DNA of 40,675 bases from Vezdaea acicularis. Taxonomy: Eukaryota. Shown here piece after piece: positions 24,658 to 36,064 of the stretch. Numbering within the stretch: the first letter of the stretch is position 1; every line of letters starts with the position of its first letter. Both the position numbers and the translations under genes were made by a program. The stretch covers positions 1 through 40,675 of the forward strand of contig JAPEUI010000132.1 of assembly GCA_026025075.1 (NCBI GenBank), in the 5' to 3' direction. Under the pieces are notes generated by a model that saw only the letters and a program-made list of their open reading frames with translations, did not search any database and was not told where the DNA came from.

Positions 24658-25254
24658 ATGGTCCGTCTTGAAGAAGTCGAGGACGAGGCTTTCACCAGCG
24701 CGCAGCCAGGACCATTTGAGGAGGACAATGATGACGACTACTCAGATACTGGTATGTCTCCCCTGTCCCAACCCCTGCCCGATTCCATTATCTAGGCAAA
24801 AGCTTCCTTTGTCGCACTCCCTCTACACTCCCTTCACGGCACTCTCTCCCCAATCTCTCTTAATCCACAAACGCCAACGCTTCAGCGCCACTTGCTAACT
24901 AAGTGCAATCCAGATTCATCGATATCCACAGATTCCGTTCCCGCCACGCCCTCCGAAACGCTATACGACCGCCTATTAGCCCTGCGCGACATCGTCCCCC
25001 CCAAACAGCGCCGCAACTTATCGCACTTCTTCCACACAACCAAATCCTACATCGGTACCGGCCTCTTATGGAGCGGAAAGTCCGCATGGGTGTTATCGAC
25101 GTCGCTACTACTGCTAGGCGTGCCGTGGGCGCTTGCATATACCGAGGAAGCGCAATACGTAGAAATGGAAAAGGAGATGCGCGTTTCTGAGGGCGTGAGG
25201 GGGGATATTCTGGGCGCTGGAGCCGGGAAGGCGGGAGCAAAGCCTGCGCTTTAG
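24658..25254 (+). CDS. TOM22: Mitochondrial import receptor subunit Tom22, ~144 aa, 2 exons
   Basis: Exons 24658-24751 and 24914-25254. MVRLEEVEDE..DDDYSDTDSSIS, ETLYDRLLALRDIVPP, TM segment GKSAWVLSTSLLLLGVPWALA. Confidence 0.95.
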
Positions 25255-25661
25255 GGATCGAAGAGTGTACGTAAAATGGTTATCATAGATTGGAATGCTG
25301 GATCGTAGTCCCCTCTCGATGGAAGCAACACGAAGGCAGCCCTGGCATAGACGGAGTTGGCTAGGGGGTGAGGAACGTTTGTATAGTAGCCCGCGCATAA
25401 ATCTCGGCTCTTCTACGGCGGTTTTGGCATGGTTCTCTTCGTAATATCATTTGCAAAATATAAGACATCATCTCTGTGACTACAGAAATATCGTGGTCCA
25501 TTATCTGCATAAGGTACACATCTAAACGTCTATGGACAAGTCCGAAGAACAATAAAGCCCCCAACTCCACCACATAGTCCAACCACTCCAAAGAAGATGC
25601 TACGCGGCGTTTAAAGGAGGCGTCATGCCGTCTATCCAACCATCTACAAATCAGACACCCA

Positions 25662-28600
25662 CTACTCCCAAGGCCCCAACCCGGACCTCCCCTCACCAGG
25701 CTCAGCCTGATTCACAACACGCAGCTCCCTCCGTCCTTCCGCACTGCTATGCGCCGCACCCTCTTCCATCGTCCGCGGCCGATCCAGAAGGTTCTGCACC
25801 CGTTTCTCGCGCTCCTGCTGCTTCATTTCCCTCCTCTTGAGCATCCACTTATTCCCCTTCCACCAAGACGTAACCCCCTTCTCCTGCTCCCCCTCTTCTG
25901 CGACAGCACGTGCCTCCCACCCGCTTTGTAATTCACTCGCGCTAGCCTCCTCCAGTCTGGCGCGCACAAGCGGATCATGTTCGTATTGCTGAAACAGATC
26001 GACATCTGTCGGGGCCACAATTCCCCTTACAACCCTTACGCATATCTCGAAAACGATAAGAGAGGTGACAATCAGCGCGAGCACAAGCCACCACAACAGA
26101 TCTTCACCAAAACGATGAAAGAGCGCGCCTTTGACGTTGTAGAGCGTGTTGTTCTTGTAGGTTATGGATAGCAGAATGTTGAATAGGAACCAGCCAGTGA
26201 TCGAGATGGCAAAGGCGGCCAGTACGGGAAGGGATTTCGGGTGCACTTCGAGGATCCTAGGGGACTCAAACATTAGGAGACACAGCTATGAGAGCCGCGA
26301 CAGCAGCATAACAAGAAGGGAAAGGAGGAATGGTAAACAAGAGCAGGGGGATTAGGGAATATAAGGGGACTCACAGTAATTTCGTGGCCACAATAACAAC
26401 CACTGACGAGAATGTCAGGACGCCCATAGCATAAAGACCATTGTCGCGGGTAAACAGCGTCTGACCGTATAAGCCGAGCATGATGAAGTACACGAAGCAG
26501 CTCTCACTAGCCGCCATGAACATCCAGCCCGCATATACGCGGATGTTGAATCCTTCCCCACGCTGGCCCTTCGTATAGAGCTCTGGAATGGCAAGCAGTG
26601 TACTGGCCGCCAGGTCCTTTTCGAAGATACCGAGGAAGATGACAGGCAGGGACGTGAATAGCGTGTTAAACATGGATAAGCTCCAAGATTCGTATAGAGA
26701 CGTGCCGGTATAGCCCGTACTGCGCTGATACAGGGCCTGCGTCAGGTAAAACATCATTTCCTTCCAGAAGGTGGCAACTGTATACTTGCACGTTCTCACG
26801 TAATTCCAGCGGCCGTGAACTAATAGCAGCTTGAGCAGGAAGCGAAACTGCGCGATCGAGTAGTCTGAGGTTCTTGCGGCCTGTAGGCCCTCCTTGCCCG
26901 TGATACCAATGCCGACGTGCGCCTCCTGAATCATGGCAATATCATTAGCGCCATCACCGATAGCAAGTGTGATGCTTTTGCGGACTTTCTTGCGGATCGT
27001 CTTGACGAGGAACGCTTTTTGCGCAGGAGACGCACGGCAGCAGATCACTGAGTCGACGAGGACGGCCAGCTCAAAGAAGAGGGCACAGGACATGCGCTCG
27101 CTCTCTATGATGGAGAGGGTGCGCCCGTCGACGACGACGACTGAGTGCGCGATGGTGCCGGAGCTGACGTCTATGATAGCTGCAGCAATGCGCTGTTCGA
27201 GGTTGCCCGTTATGTGGTCAAGAACGGTGACAGAAGAGTAGTCTTTGATGAGGCGGCAAGAGTGGCCGATATTGATAGCAGTTTCGCGCTTATCACCTGT
27301 GAGCATCCAGAGTTTGATCTTAGCGCGGCGGAGCTTGTCGATGGCTTCAGGGACGCCGCGTTGCAACTTATCTTCGATGGCAGTGGCGCCCGCGAGCTCA
27401 AGGTCGTGCTCGATCAGGTCGCCAGCCTTTTCGATGAGGGATTGCCGGTCAACAAGACTAGTGGTGGCGTCATGGTAGACTTTCTTCCAGACGTCGTATT
27501 GATCTTGGTCAAGGAAACGATACCCATAGAGGAGTGTTCGAAGGCCTTCGGTTGCGAATTCGTTAATGTGCTGGAAGCATCGTTCGAAAATTACGCCTTC
27601 GTCTGCCACAAACATGTCGTCGATGGCGTCGTCTAAGAAGTCTTGGTGTAGAGAGCTTCGGTTTTCGGAGGGAGCGAACGATCGCCGGCCAAGATGAGTT
27701 GATTGACGAGGAGTGTAGTATGCGCTTTCCGTCTCCTCCGACATGACTTCGACGTCTCGCTCTTGTTCGCGTAGGAAGGTATCGATCTCATCGCGTATAG
27801 GTTGCAGTCTGCTTCCAGATATGCTCGGTCTGCTGATAATCCCATCGATGCTTGCGCGTCCCATGTTCAGGCTTGTCCGAATGACACTGCCCCTGCGGCT
27901 TAGGTTCTCGCTATTCCGCCTGATTATTGCCTCATGCGCCTCCATACTTTTCCGCTTAGTCGCCTTCCGTTCAATAGCGGCGAACTTCTCTGAAGCTAAG
28001 GCCGAAGCTCGGAGGAGCTGCATCATTGTCGAGTCTGCCCCTTTACAAATGACACAAACTCGACCGTCCGGAAGACGCAGGACGATCGACATACGCTTTC
28101 TGTAGCTCGAAAACTCGATCACGTCCAGAATTTCGAATACTGTCTCCACAGGCTCGGCATCCAAGCCTGCCGGATAGCTCTTCATAGTTACAGTATCGTT
28201 ATCACGATTGATAATGATGAAACCAAGCTCTTGCGCAGCCTTGACTAAGGCGATCTCATCAGGGGAGGCGGCTTGATAGTCTATCTCTCCGTTTGCCTTT
28301 GTTTCAGGCAGACAGGTATGACAGAGTGCGATGGCAAGCAAGAAAAACTCCGCCCTTTTTGCAAAAGAAGTATTTGGGTTTCTCTGTAAATATTGTACGA
28401 GTTGTGCTGTGCGCAATTGAGGCTGACTCTTTGCGTCCTTAGCTGATGAGTGCCACGCAGTCACACCAGAGTCCTGTCTTTGTGCATCAAAGCTGCGTAC
28501 TCGTGGGCTATCAAGCACAGTAGATGTTCTAGAATGTCGACTAGGGTCGTCGATACCTGTGAGCGAACGTCTGTCTTTCACGGTTCTCTTTTCCTTCCGC

Positions 28601-30883
28601 TTCTTATGCTGGGGCCGGCGACGGATTGCTGTCAGATTAGTTGTGTTGATGTCAAAGTCGTGAAGCCATGCAAGGCCCGCTACAGTCAGCTTACGGAACT
28701 TCATGGAGTTATCCGTGAGCGTTCCTGTTTTGTCAGAGAATATATAACTATGCAACTGTTAAGCTTGAATACAACAATTCTCATTGGTCAGCTCACCTAA
28801 CTTGACCCAACTCCTCATTGATCGTCGACGTCCTAGCTTCCATAGGCGTATCCGAGTCAGTGTCGTACATGTCGATGTCGTTCATCAGAAACATCTGGAC
28901 CAGCTTGATAATCTCCAAGCTAACATAAAGTGATAGCGGAATCATGGTGTTAAACATGATAATAAAGCTAGCCAGGATCGGGAAGAAGTGGACACGAGCG
29001 TCGACAAGGTACCACGATTTCTCTTCGACCTTTTCAGACCAGACTTGGTATGCGATTGTGTTATAAATTGCAAGAGCGATGACGAAAAGAACGATGATGA
29101 TAACAATTCTGTTGACCACAGATTGTAGCGCAGGAGCTTTGATACGGGGATTCTTTGTGGCATTCATACGAATCTTACACTCCTCCCCAGAGTAGATAAC
29201 CATACCTATGGCTTGCGGCGTGTTCCTGAGAATGCTGCCACGGTAGATGATCTCGTTATTAGTCAAAGGCATCGTCTCGCTTGCAACTTCGACCCTGCCC
29301 TCGAAATTGTATAAATCCAGATTAGGATCTTCAACTACTAAGTGAGCTTGACAGTGTGCCAATTGATCAAGGGAGGCGCAATTCTTTGCGAGAACCGGGC
29401 AAGCTTGTTTGCTCTTCAAGTTGGTCTCTCCATCGAGGGCCATCGTTTCGATGTAAGCAATTCCCTTTGGATCTTGGACGTGGAGGAGGGCGAGATCCGC
29501 TGGTGCTGCTTCGTCCCGCTCTAATCGGACGACGTCGCCGACCTTGATATCTTCCCACTTCGTCTTTGACCAGTGTCTGGATTCGGTCGATGGTGATGAA
29601 GATGGTGGAGAATTGGTATCTTCCGGCTTCGTTCCAGTGCCTAAAGTAGAATCCCCAACGCAAAGCACCGAGACCTCTCTTCTATTTTCTGCCTTATCAA
29701 GTCTATATCTTCGCAAATCATCGTACCCCTCTTTCGCCATGGATATGCTCACAAAGAAGAGTAAAGGTACGATGGTAGTATATGTTCCAGTGGTACTAAG
29801 CGTGGGTATCATCTGTAAAATAGACACGCATAGGAAGTAGAAATTGGCAAGTTTAGAGAATTGTGCAAACAGTTGGCGAGGGAAAAAATTCCATATAGTA
29901 TATCGGCTTGATCGAATGGTGTTATTTATGTACTCATGGCCGGTCCTTTCATCCAGCAGTGGCTTGTTCCGTGAAGCATCAAGGTCTATGTGCCTGCCGT
30001 CTTTAGTTGGAGGCATCTCGCTGATCCTCAGTATCAGCTTGCGGGCTCTCTCAAGCGCGTCGCCAGCTAGCTTGAAGACCTTGAACCTCGACGCTTTCTC
30101 CCTAGCCCACCTCTCATAATTAGGGAGACCACTGTCTCCATAGGCTTTCTTTACTGAGTATTCTGGTAGACGCGCCAGTATCAAGTCGTTATCTTCCGGC
30201 CCAGGCATTTCAGTGACAGATGTCTGCGGGGCTTTTTTACGTGAATCCAGCGTGCCATCCGCTGGCCGGTTCATTGTATGGGTTGAAGAATTCCCCTCCG
30301 ATAACTCAAATGCTGAGGTCTCTTCGTGATCGTAAAGACTTCTGTTGAAAAGCGTTCTCCGCAAAGAGAAGCCGCGAGTGCGGCCTCTTGGAGAGGTCGC
30401 TTTTGGTGAACTCATAGCTTCATTTTGAATCTGGCGCGGTGACAGTGGGGAATCAGGTGATCTAAGTGGAGTAATTGTAACCTCCTCATGTACATCGTCA
30501 TGGCCGCAATCGGCTCGTTCCGTATCAATCTTAAGGCTTTTGGGTACTGCTTCAGGTTCGTCGGCAGTTGTGGAATTCAGATGGGGGTTATAGCCATATT
30601 GTTGAGAATCCACGGCGTGGGAAGAAGGCAATATTCTTTCCAGATCCGCAGAGAATCGTACTCTTGGCGTAGTTGGGGAGATAGGTGCATCGACCGCCGA
30701 TGACACTGATGCTATTCCTGCCGGCATATCACTAACAGATCGTCTTCCATCCCCAGGGTCATGGTGAATAACAGCATTCCCCTCAGTACGATCCTCGATC
30801 ATTGGGCTGCTCTCTTCTTTTGAGGAATGCCGTCTTCTTATACCCGCCCCTAGTATCTTTCTATGGTCTCCATTATCCCCCAT
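25662..30883 (-). CDS. DNF3: P4-type phospholipid-translocating ATPase (flippase), Dnf3-like, ~1684 aa, 3 exons
   Basis: Exons 30883-28797, 28747-26375, 26256-25662. Motifs NTIRSSRYT, QFSKLANFYF, LDGETNLK, IPLSLYV, EELGQVSYIFSDKTGTLT (phosphorylation site), ASPDE, EGLRTL, LTGDKRETA, CCRASPAQKA, IGDGAND. Subfamily assignment from recalled similarity. Confidence 0.93.
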
Positions 30884-32650
30884 TGTTACATTGCCAGCCA
30901 AATTACCTATTCAAGGTGTATTTGGTATTCCGTGGCCCGCTCAAGTCGACTGCGATACTCAGCGGGATGCGCGAAGCTGCCGGCATACCGTATTTGGTGA
31001 GGAACCTAGCTCTTGTCCTTAATCATTGAAATACGGTAAGCCTCGAAATACATTTCATTTGATTTGGTAGCGCTTCCACAGTACCAGTATTTGAGCTTGC
31101 GTAAGTCGTTGTCTTCGAGATCGCGATGTTGCCGGTCAAAAATAGCTCGGTAGACCCTGGATATGACGCGGCTCGGCTTTTCGACCAATCAAAGGTCCGT
31201 TCCTGGCAGGCCTCATATCAATTGGACGAAAACCACCATTGCGTTGACTTCAAGCATCAAATTTCAGGTTCTCAATTAGATCAAGCAAGAACTTGCAGGC
31301 CACATTAAACAGCAAATTTTAAGTTCTTCTGAATTTTCTAGGATTTCTACAGAGTATAGAACGTTGAGTTTGGTTCCCCGAACGGACGGTCAACTTCCAT
31401 TGTGAAACGGCACATGTCAAATAAATAGAGCACAGTGATTATCCAGTCACTCCTACCTATCCTTCTATCTAGACTGAGAGTATTCAGCCCATTCCCTTAT
31501 TATAGTTTACGTTACTTTCCATCTCGCCAGAGCTCACACCCGCCGCGCTCTTATCGCTCCGAGTCCTTCCCACTCGACGAGATCTCATTGTCCTTCTTGT
31601 TAATGTCCAAACCCTATACACTCCCTTGAGCGGGCTGGCAACGCCGAGGTACGCTGAAGACGGGAAAGAAGATAAACAATCTGCTCAGGCACAGAAGGGC
31701 GTCGCTGTATGAATCTAGAGATACCCAGCCCTATGGCGTACGGCGCCACCCAATAGCCGCTCCGTCCCCCCCCAGGCCGCGCCTGACTACTTGAATTTCC
31801 GCACTTTATAGCTATCGCTGGTCTCGAAATCAAATCATCGAGAAAGACGTTTTCTAGCCAAATATCTCTTGTTTGCTGATGAACACAGACGAAGCTGCTG
31901 CCAAGTATGACCAAGCATTCCTCTGCGAAGTAGAGACTGGGGGCTCTGAGAAACTTCGAGATAGCCGAGCCAAAGACACCGAGTACGAAAATAGATAGTA
32001 CCTTAGTTATTCGTAGGAAGAGAGAGGCAGAGTCAGGGTATCCTTTCCGATCATTGGAATGATTTGCTGAAAAACCACTCCAAGATGTCAATTCGCTAAA
32101 AGGCGAGATCCGGTGCAACATAGCATCACACATAGAGGACGTAGAGTATGCGGGCATGTTGGCCGGAGATAAAAAAATATTTCTATCCAGAAGCCCATGA
32201 GGTCTAAGTGAGCGCGACTAGGATTCTCCTGGAAGCCAATAGTGGAACATAGACGGAAGAAATATGAGTGCTCTTAGGGCTCGGATAGGAGACAACCATA
32301 ATCACCAACCAGATCTTAATATCCACATGAAAGCTGATTACATTCCAACCGAAGAGCGTGTATTTGACGTCCTTCAGAGGGGAATTAATCGCGAGGAATA
32401 CGGCGGGCCCTTTCAACCTTCATTCTTTGCAAGATCCCAACGCCTAGCGTGTGGTATGGGAGACTATGATCGTTGCTCTCCTCTCGTCTGCTGTTACATT
32501 TTCCATCGGAATGATCTCAGATTGCGATCTTCTCTTTCGTAGCCAGCTTCAGGATCCGCCAGTTCGCGACAATCTTCACAATGCTCTTGTATGAGCCTCC
32601 TCACACTATGATAGTGCAGAGGTGACATGGTTTCTCTCGCGTGGCATCTT

Positions 32651-33907
32651 TCATTTAACTTTCTTAGATGGGGATGCGGGTAGCTCGATCTCTGATAAGC
32701 CAAACAGCCTATGAAGTATGTGAAATCTCAACATCCGCAGCTGAAGATCAATGACCGATTAGTTCACGTATGGCCTGAAGAATATAAAATTAATATCATT
32801 ACTCACCTGTTGACCTATTCGTGTGCTCAATATGGGCATAATCGTATAGACTCCAAAGGCACCAAGACAATTTGCCAAAACAATGTCTGTCTTCATAGCG
32901 TTCCCTATAACAGCGATCTGGCTGGGGTGATCTACTGTCGTATCTGGGTCCGACATTATTGCGAACAGGAGCTGCTGCCAACAAAAAGGCTTCTAGTTGT
33001 CCCGACTCTTAGTTTAAGATCTCCCGCAACCAAACATGCAGCACACCATGGTACCACCAAGAAAGCCTGTAAGTAGGATACAAGGGTACAAGGTTTTCGC
33101 TGCATCTGGGAGCAACTCACTATCACATCATGGCGGAATACTTTTACTCCAGTGTTTGCTTCTAGGGCTCGCGCCTATGAACGATTTAGCTACTTTCTAT
33201 CAAGCTAGAATCTAAGCGTACCTTAGAGTCATCTGGGTCATCATACTTGCCACTCCCAGCTGAGTTACTCACAATTAACAGAGAAGATCCGGGGTAGGCC
33301 TGTCGTAATTCTTCAAATTTTTCCTAAGGTTGATCAGAACCAGGCCTGTATATGCCTTCAAAACATGGGTGAGAGTATATTCATGACTGCATTTCTTCAA
33401 ACATTCAAAATGACAGGCATTCAGATACAGTAGTATGATAATTTAACTGGCTGAGGGCCACTTATCCCTTGATTGACGTAATATTAAATGGAATTGATTG
33501 TTAAAGACAAGAGTGAGAGTGTTCGTATCTCGAGATACTCGTATAAATCGAGAAATGAAGGCGATATTTGCCCCATGGTAAGGGGTGGAGAAAACAGGAT
33601 GGAGGCTATATGCATTTGGACGAAAAGACAGCATCTCTACTACGCAAATGTAGAAAGCAAGCTAGAAGAGATAGTAAAATTAGGGTACCTTGTAAGCAGG
33701 AAAGATTTGGTTTGTATGCGGCAGCGCAAATGTGTCATCTAGATCTAGTACGACACTCCTGATGTCGAGCTTCTGCTTAACGGCTAGCTTCGAGAGAGGC
33801 AGAGGGAGGCCACTAAATGGATGGACGGCAGCGTGCGGCATAAACATTCGGGGCTTTAAAACGCCCATGAACGGCCTTAATTGGCCAACCCAGGTACCTA
33901 TTGACAT
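32651..33907 (-). CDS. GEP4: Divergent GEP4-like mitochondrial phosphatidylglycerophosphatase family protein (HAD IIIA/YqeG-like), ~216 aa, 5 exons
   Basis: Exons 33907-33689, 33323-33222, 33174-33121, 32992-32807, 32740-32651, all phase 0 with GT..AG introns. Spliced product: ..DIRSVVLDLDDTFALPHTNQIFPAYK|EKFEELRQAYPGSSLLIVSNSAG..|ARALEANTGVKVFRHDVI|KPFC..HPSQIAVIGNAMKTDIVLANCLGAFGVY. This is colinear with yeast Gep4 as I recall it (AVVLDKDNC, LLIVSNTAG, RHSTKKPGC, AVVGDRLFTD). Confidence 0.85.
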
Positions 33908-34088
33908 CTCGGATCCTTGCCTAAGCTTTCAGAATGGCCATGTAGGCGGCCATGGAGAAACGCGATACCGTGCCTCGCATCCGAAGATGAAACACGTGCA
34001 GCTTAGACCCGAAATACCCACAACTTTTTCTATTCTGCTTCATGGCATTACGAAATCCCCCAGACCTATCTAGCATACCTACACAATC
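33908..34088. promoter_or_regulatory. Probable bidirectional promoter between the GEP4-like gene and SMD3, with central E-box CACGTG at 33993-33998
   Basis: 181 bp between divergent ATGs, with CACGTG near the midpoint. Confidence 0.55.
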
Positions 34089-34726
34089 ATGACAAGCACA
34101 ATTGGAATTCCGATTAAATTACTGAACGAAGCTCAGGTACGTTTGGTCTCGAAAGATCTATAAATGCGCACAAGCCTGGGGTACCAGTAGCTGGAAGTTT
34201 CGATAAGTCTCTGCATCGCAGGCGCGTCTATCTTAGCTGTTGTGAAGGCCTGGCTGTTGCGCGTAGTGTTACTTGGCTTACAGTTGCCATTAGGGACATG
34301 TGGTGACGCTGGAGATCTCGTCTGGCCAAGTATATCGCGGCAAATTACTCGAAGGTATGGCCATACATCTCCTGATCAGTGGCTTTTGGCTAATTAACTA
34401 CGGTGTTGCACTACAGCCGAAGACAATATGAATGTTCAATTAAAAGATATTACGGTCACCGCGCGAGATGGCCGGGTTTCCCATCTAGATCAGGTCTACA
34501 TCCGGGGCAGCCACGTTAGGTTCTTCATAGTGCCAGACATGTTGAGGTATGCCCCCACAAAATCCGGTCCAGGGGCAACCCCTTACGAGAGAAACCTCTG
34601 GACTGATGTTGCTACAGGAATGCGCCTATGTTCAGGCAACGAGGCACAAGAGGTCGCGGAGTTGGACTTGCGAGAGGCCGTGCGACAGTCAATAGGGCGA
34701 GGGCGGGGAGAGGTGGCAGAGGGTAG
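34089..34726 (+). CDS. SMD3: Small nuclear ribonucleoprotein Sm D3, ~115 aa, 4 exons
   Basis: Exons 34089-34136, 34294-34354, 34417-34546, 34618-34726 give [69 protein letters not shown] plus an RG-rich tail. Confidence 0.97.
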
Positions 34727-35029
34727 GTGATATGTTAAGCTTAGAAAGGCTAGGATCCTTATCGGTGTTTGCTGCATATTTGGAGTTGGTGGCTTGATAT
34801 GGGCCCAATAGCCCAATGTTAGGGCTTTCTGTAAATGCCCTAAAAGTCTGCCTTATGTGGGTCTCTAAAGCCGCTATCGATGACGTTATGATCAAAACCG
34901 GATGAACGGACCTCTCATTATATACGTTGCGCACTTTTGAACTTCCTCATATCACGTGTACCTCTGCGTAGTTACCTTAAAGCCCACCATTGGACCCCCC
35001 TTCCCCACTTCCCACTCATGCAAGCTAGA

Positions 35030-36064
35030 ATGGACGTTGCCCACACACGCCGTCTGCTCATTTTTAGTCTTACACCAGCACCTTCTCAAGCCTTTCTTTC
35101 TTCTCTCTTAGGTTCAGCCGATGGATCGCTACCCGATCAAGCTGGCAGTTCTTACATCTTGACACTGAAAACGGCGTATTATACAGCAGCCATAACCGTC
35201 TGGCTCGACGAAGTTCAAGACGTAACAGATTGGCGGACGGCATGGCTTGAGGAAGAGGCAAAGGAGGTATTAGACGTTTTGGGTGGGGTGATTATACTCT
35301 TTGAAAAGCCGGCGAGTGATGCTGAATATGTATGCCCTATTTCCTCATTCAAATAGTGTGTGCAGCCGAAGCTCATGCTTGAGTAGGCTAGGATCACCAG
35401 GTGTTTGGAGGTGGTCAGAGAAGTTGTCAGTAAGGGGTGCGGAGAGGATTGGGACGGTGTTTCCCTAGCAGTAGCAACACCGCAAACTTCAGTTCCACTA
35501 CTGGAAATCTCAGATGAGGATTGGGAGGATAAATGTACAGATTTTGGCTTCGAATATGTGGAGTTTAAAGAGGGGAAGCCCAAGGAACGAAACAATTATG
35601 GAGGTAATGTTTGATGATCAAAAGTGAAGTTACTACAGGACATGCTGACGTGATACTTTATAGAAAGACTGGGTATGGACCGAGTCAAGGAAGCCCTAGC
35701 TGCGAATGACTGGAGTGGGCAAGTTGACCTGAGTGACGTGAGTGATGGGGAATGGACGGGGTTTGAAGTGGAAGCCGCAGAGGTCGAGCGAGATATGGCA
35801 GGTCTAAAGATGACCATGGCCTCTGAAGACGACGACGAGCAGGATGAGGTTGACAAGCTAGAAATCAACATGCAGAAACTGCTTGCCGTCAAAGGTGAGC
35901 TTCTCTACTGACATCACTACTCGAGAAGCCATGACGATGAGAAGGCATGACGCTCTCTTGCTGACTAAAGTGTTGGGTTCACAGAGATGAGTGAAGGTCT
36001 ACCGGAACCAGAGAGAAAAAGGTTGGCAAAGAGGGCCGTGAACGAGCTCATGAAGGAGATGTGA
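35030..36064 (+). CDS. IRC6: Alpha/gamma-adaptin-binding protein p34 (AAGAB/Irc6 family), ~275 aa, 4 exons
   Basis: Exons 35030-35329, 35387-35603, 35664-35894, 35985-36064. Motifs LKTAYYTAAITVWLDE, EEAKEVLDVLGG, WEDKCTDFGFEYVE, RNNYGERLGMDRVKEALAANDW, ERKRLAKRAV. Alternative ATG at 35018. Confidence 0.88.
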
